From Cuniculiplasma divulgatum (GTDB lineage Archaea; Thermoplasmatota; Thermoplasmata; Thermoplasmatales; Thermoplasmataceae), in contig NZ_LT671858.1 of NCBI RefSeq assembly GCF_900083515.1, positions 1,560,001 to 1,592,000 on the forward strand: a stretch of DNA of 32,000 nt, read 5' to 3'. A program made the translations under genes and the position numbers. The notes beneath the pieces are model-generated. The model saw only the letters and a list, made by a program, of their open reading frames with translations. It was not told where the DNA came from and ran no database searches. Below are positions 28,250 through 32,000 of the stretch, in pieces; position 1 is the first letter of the stretch, and each line of letters opens with the position of its first letter.

Positions 28250-28261
28250 GTATTTAAATAC
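28250..28261. promoter_or_regulatory. Perfect 12-bp palindrome GTATTTAAATAC upstream of the GntR operon; candidate autoregulatory operator and/or TATA region
   Basis: Read directly. It is self-complementary and lies about 100 nt upstream of the ATG at 28152 in the only non-coding gap before the operon. Confidence 0.4.
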
Positions 28262-28321
28262 TGTTGTTTAGAAAATACTGCAAAATAATAAAAAATAGAA
28301 TATTTCAGTTTTTTTAAATGA

Positions 28322-29431
28322 CTATTCCTTACTTTCCGGACTTACTTCTTTCTTCTCTTCTTCCTTTGAACTCTTACTTATTTTTTTATCGGGTGTTGAT
28401 AATTCAGCCTTCTTTTTTCTTATGGCATCAGTAAGTTTTGGAAGAACTTCGTAAAGATCTGCGTTGATTATATAATCAGATATACTGTTAATCTCTGCCT
28501 CAGGATCAGTGTTTATTGAAACTATATTCTCGCTTAGCTTCATTCCCATAAGATGCTGTGCCTTACCTGAAATACCGCAGGCAATGTACAGTTTAGGCCT
28601 GACGGACTGCCCTGTCTGCCCAACCTGATGATCCTTTCCGATCCATCCCATATCAACTGTTGGCCTAGAAGCGCCGACATATGCACCAATCTCATCTGCC
28701 AGTTCCTGTATAAGCTTGAATCCAGAAGCTTTTCCCAGTCCCAGACCTCCACTCACTATGTATTTTGCAGAAGTGAGATCAACAGTGGTCTTTGGCCTGA
28801 AATCTACTACCTCTTTCTTTAGATATTCCTTCTTTATTTTTGCCTTCCTAACCTCACTTTCATATTTGGTATCTTTGTTTCTTTCAGGTACTGGGAATAT
28901 TCCTGGCCTTGCAGTTGCCATCTGTGGTCTGTGGCTTCTGCACAGAATTTCTGCAAGTGTGCTCTCCCCATAGGTTGGCCTTCTTGCCTGAAGGATTCTT
29001 CCATTAGGGTCCACATCCAGTTCTGTACAGTCTGCAGTCACACCTGTTCTTGATCTAACTGCAATTCTTGACGCAAGATCTCTCCCATTCCTTGTTGCAG
29101 GAATCAGAAGTATATTTGGCTTCAGTTCCTGTATAAGGTCACTGAGCAGTGTTGCATATGGAATTGTTCTGAAATCTTTCAGATCCGGAGATTCGTAACC
29201 GATCACCCTGTCACATCCATACTCCCCTGCCTCCTTAACCATGGTACCTACTTTTTCACCAAATGTTATGCCTATGAGAATCTCATTTACCTTGTGGGCC
29301 ATGCTTGCGCCAACAGAGATCATCTCAAGACCTGGTTTCTTTATCTTTCCATCTCTCGCCTCAAGGAATACCATCACATTCTTATAATCGTCAAGATTTT
29401 CCGGCTTCTCAGCATTGATTAAACCTACCAT
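28322..29431 (-). CDS. etfA: Electron transfer flavoprotein alpha subunit (FixB/EtfA), about 369 aa
   Basis: C-terminal FAD-binding region: IVSGGLGLGKASGF, VGASRPTVDMGWI, VGQTGQSVRPKLYIACGISGKAQHLMGM. The preferred start ATG at 29431 has GGAGGTGA upstream and lies 1 nt after the etfB stop; the ORF track extends to 29533. Confidence 0.9.
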   Translation of the reverse strand: MVGLINAEKPENLDDYKNVMVFLEARDGKIKKPGLEMISVGASMAHKVNEILIGITFGEKVGTMVKEAGEYGCDRVIGYESPDLKDFRTIPYATLLSDLIQELKPNILLIPATRNGRDLASRIAVRSRTGVTADCTELDVDPNGRILQARRPTYGESTLAEILCRSHRPQMATARPGIFPVPERNKDTKYESEVRKAKIKKEYLKKEVVDFRPKTTVDLTSAKYIVSGGLGLGKASGFKLIQELADEIGAYVGASRPTVDMGWIGKDHQVGQTGQSVRPKLYIACGISGKAQHLMGMKLSENIVSINTDPEAEINSISDYIINADLYEVLPKLTDAIRKKKAELSTPDKKISKSSKEEEKKEVSPESKE

Positions 29432-29432
29432 A

Positions 29433-30242
29433 TCATTCACCTCCGAATTTGAGAATTTCCTTTGATACAAGCTCGTCAACAAACTTATCCATTTCATCAA
29501 CTCCGAACTTCTTTCCCTCTCTCTTCTTCTCATTTATTGTTCTCATTGACTTGACAATGGTTGGCGATCCCTTTAGACCAACCCACTCTGGCTTAAGATT
29601 TATATCTGCAAGTGTCCATGTTTCAATACCTTTCTTCAGTGCATCTATCTTCATCCTGAGGGTTGCTTCCCTGGGTATATTGGCATTGGTAAGTACTGTT
29701 ATGAGGCATGGTGGTTCCATCTTAACAGTCTCAACGCCATCCTCAAGCTGCCTCTCTGCAAACACTGAACCATCCTCAACCCATGAGTTTGATGTGTATG
29801 ATGCCTGCTCAATGCCAAGGAATTCGGCCACACCAGGTCCCACATGTCCTGTTGATGAGTCCGTGGATTCCTCCCCTGCATAAATGATGTTAAACTTTCC
29901 AATCTTTGTAATGGTTGCAGCAAGTGTCAGACCTGTAGGATAGGTATCTGCACCTGCAAACGCTCTATCTGTAACCAGGATTGCCCTGTCAACCCCTCTT
30001 GCCATGCAGTCCAGAAGGGCAGTTTCTGCAAAGGGTGGACCCATGGTTATAACTGTGATATGGGTTTCAGGATTTTTATCCTTTATGAGGAGAGCCTGTT
30101 CCACTGCATTTTCATCTGCTGGATTTATTACATTCCTTGCTGCACCCCTGTTGAGAGTGAATGTAACAGGATCTATAACGACCTCTGAACTGTCAGGTAC
30201 CTGTTTTATCATAACTATTATTTCCAGTGCCATTTTGATCAT
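29433..30242 (-). CDS. etfB: Electron transfer flavoprotein beta subunit (FixA/EtfB), about 269 aa
   Basis: N-terminus IIVMIKQVPD is typical of EtfB; also GADTYPTG and ESTDSSTGHVGP. The start is either the ATG at 30242 (ATGA overlap with the fixX stop) or the ATG at 30233. The ORF track extension to 30308 is unlikely. Confidence 0.9.
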   Translation of the reverse strand: MIKMALEIIVMIKQVPDSSEVVIDPVTFTLNRGAARNVINPADENAVEQALLIKDKNPETHITVITMGPPFAETALLDCMARGVDRAILVTDRAFAGADTYPTGLTLAATITKIGKFNIIYAGEESTDSSTGHVGPGVAEFLGIEQASYTSNSWVEDGSVFAERQLEDGVETVKMEPPCLITVLTNANIPREATLRMKIDALKKGIETWTLADINLKPEWVGLKGSPTIVKSMRTINEKKREGKKFGVDEMDKFVDELVSKEILKFGGE

Positions 30243-30514
30243 CCGTATTTGTATTTTACCCCATGACCGCCCTTTGTGTTTGTCCACAGGACGCTTCCGT
30301 GGGAACATGCAATATCACAGGTCCCGCATTCTACACAGTCCTCATACTTGAAATTCAACTGACCTTCTATGAGCGTATAGCATTTTGCAGGGCATGCAAA
30401 TGTGCAGAAATGGTCCGGGCACACTGCACAGATATCATGGTTCACTGTGATATGCTCATAGGACTTGTCAATCTTGTAATTCAACAACGATAATCTGTCT
30501 TCTATTTTTGTCAT
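30239..30514 (-). CDS. fixX: Ferredoxin-like protein FixX (91 aa)
   Basis: Cys motifs CAVCPDHFC..CPAKCY and CVECGTCDIAC. Size and position between fixC and etfB fit. Confidence 0.88.
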   Translation of the reverse strand: MTKIEDRLSLLNYKIDKSYEHITVNHDICAVCPDHFCTFACPAKCYTLIEGQLNFKYEDCVECGTCDIACSHGSVLWTNTKGGHGVKYKYG

Positions 30515-30515
30515 T

Positions 30516-31802
30516 TTACAACCTCTTCATCATTCTGTACATATCCACAATCATATCCTTTCTTTTCTGCCTGTTCTTCAGGGCAGATTCCATAACTATT
30601 CTTGAAAGGTGTTTCTTCGGTTCTCCATTCTCTGAGAATATATTGAGCATTATCTCTTCTGCCATTGCAGGAACTGTGTTGTGAATGCTTTCACTCCATG
30701 TTACCCTGTCAGAACCTTTGAAGGTTTCCATGTCTCTCAGTACAAAGGTTTTCTTAAGGGTATCTTTGTATAATTCATATCTGTCTGCTGATGTGCTTCC
30801 CTTTGTTGCAATATATGCATCTGCTGCTGCAATTCCTGAAACAATGGCATAGTTCATTCCCTGAAGCACGAGTCCGTTACTGAACGTAAATCCTGCTGCA
30901 TCACCGGCAATCATGTATCCATTACCATAAATCTGATCTACGGATTGCCCGGCCTCTGGCACTAAATGAGCGCTGTATTCTTCAACCCTTCCATCTGCAA
31001 GAAGTGGTGCAATGAATGGATGTTCCTTGAACTGTTCAATAATGTTGAAGGAGTAAGTTTGATTATTTTTTCTTAGATCCTCCATTGAAATAACCGCGCC
31101 AATGGATATGGATTCCTTATTTGTATACAGGAAACCTCCTGCCTTTACTCCACCCTCAAGAAAGCCGAGAACATATTCAGATGCATATCCTCTCTTTGCG
31201 CTTGTCAGGTTGAATCTTTCGGTGATGGTCTTTTCAGGTAGTTTTATAACCTCTTTCACACCGATTGCCATATGCCTGTCATCTGGTTTTTTCTTAATCC
31301 CAGAATCAATGGCTACCCTTGAATTTGCACCCTCAGCAAGGATCACAGTATCAGCTGTAACAGTTTCACCGTTTTGCATCACGCCTGTTACCTTCTTTCC
31401 TTCCATTGCCAGTTTATCCACTGTAACACCTGATACAACCATTACACCTGCATCCTTTGCCTTTTTTGCAAGCCATGCATCAAACTTTGTCCTCAGTACG
31501 GTGTAACCGCTCTTTACCTCACCAAATTTTGTTGATCTGAAATCCAGGGCAATTTTTGAATCCTTTGTAAGAAAAGTAACACCCTTTGCCTCAACGTATC
31601 TTTCAAGCATATTGCTTTTTTCCCAGTCGGGTATGACCTGACCCAGGGAATCACCCCAGAGTACTCCTCCCGATACATTTTTGCTTCCTGGGGGATCTGC
31701 CCTGTCTATAAGTAAAACGTTGGCCTTAGCAGAAGCTAACCTTATGGCTGCTGCAGAACCGGCTGGTCCGGCACCAACTACGATGACATCAAACTCACTC
31801 AT
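30516..31802 (-). CDS. fixC: FAD-dependent oxidoreductase FixC (ETF-quinone oxidoreductase-like), 428 aa
   Basis: N-terminal dinucleotide fold DVIVVGAGPAGSAAA and the internal GDAAG motif (MIAGDAAGF). It heads the fixCX-etfBA cluster. Confidence 0.88.
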   Translation of the reverse strand: MSEFDVIVVGAGPAGSAAAIRLASAKANVLLIDRADPPGSKNVSGGVLWGDSLGQVIPDWEKSNMLERYVEAKGVTFLTKDSKIALDFRSTKFGEVKSGYTVLRTKFDAWLAKKAKDAGVMVVSGVTVDKLAMEGKKVTGVMQNGETVTADTVILAEGANSRVAIDSGIKKKPDDRHMAIGVKEVIKLPEKTITERFNLTSAKRGYASEYVLGFLEGGVKAGGFLYTNKESISIGAVISMEDLRKNNQTYSFNIIEQFKEHPFIAPLLADGRVEEYSAHLVPEAGQSVDQIYGNGYMIAGDAAGFTFSNGLVLQGMNYAIVSGIAAADAYIATKGSTSADRYELYKDTLKKTFVLRDMETFKGSDRVTWSESIHNTVPAMAEEIMLNIFSENGEPKKHLSRIVMESALKNRQKRKDMIVDMYRMMKRL

Positions 31803-32000
31803 TAAACCTACCTGTTATCTGTTAATTACTCCTGACGTAATAACTGTTTTCCAAATATTTAAATCGTTTCGTATAACTAGCGCTTACAATTGTTCTGATA
31901 AACCATCAACTAAGATTCAACGCTTAGAAATTATTGAATGACAATTAACAAACTTCTAGCAGTGTCATGAATCTGATTGACAGAATTTGTAAGATTAATT

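Overview
This is a low-GC prokaryotic chromosome segment. It is probably archaeal and Thermoplasmata-like, judging from the TrmB regulator, TATA-like or leaderless promoter geometry, a membrane-anchored sequon-rich binding protein and a LacS-like GH1; the taxon cannot be verified here. Positions 33-4149 hold a very large CRISPR array of 57 identical 36-bp repeats and 56 full spacers that runs off the left edge. A 318-bp leader follows at 4150-4467. A tightly packed minus-strand cas operon (4468-13817) has the gene set of subtype I-G (formerly I-U): cas3 with a C-terminal HD domain, csx17/cas8g, csb1/cas7, csb2 (cas5-cas6 fusion), a cas4-cas1 fusion, and cas2. A TrmB-family sugar regulator is divergent from cas3. 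Next comes a glycan-utilisation locus: GH31 alpha-glucosidase, GH13 amylase-family enzyme, a CUT1-type ABC transporter (binding protein, two permeases, ATPase), an MFS transporter and a GH1 beta-glycosidase. The window ends with a GntR(YtrA)/DUF1648 membrane-protein pair and a fixC-fixX-etfB-etfA electron-transfer cluster. Every ORF that looks real fits a known family, so I do not see a wholly unknown gene system. The most interesting non-obvious signal is an operator-like motif. It is an exact 15-mer in two ABC-transporter promoters, has an 11/12 core match in the trmB/cas3 divergent promoter, and has a weaker 10-nt echo in the CRISPR leader. This hints that the TrmB-type regulator could couple sugar status to CRISPR-Cas expression. 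Other points are a structured leader, three spacers sharing the same terminal 8-9-mer, and an apparently more AT-rich cas island. All family calls come from reading motifs by eye; no searches were run.
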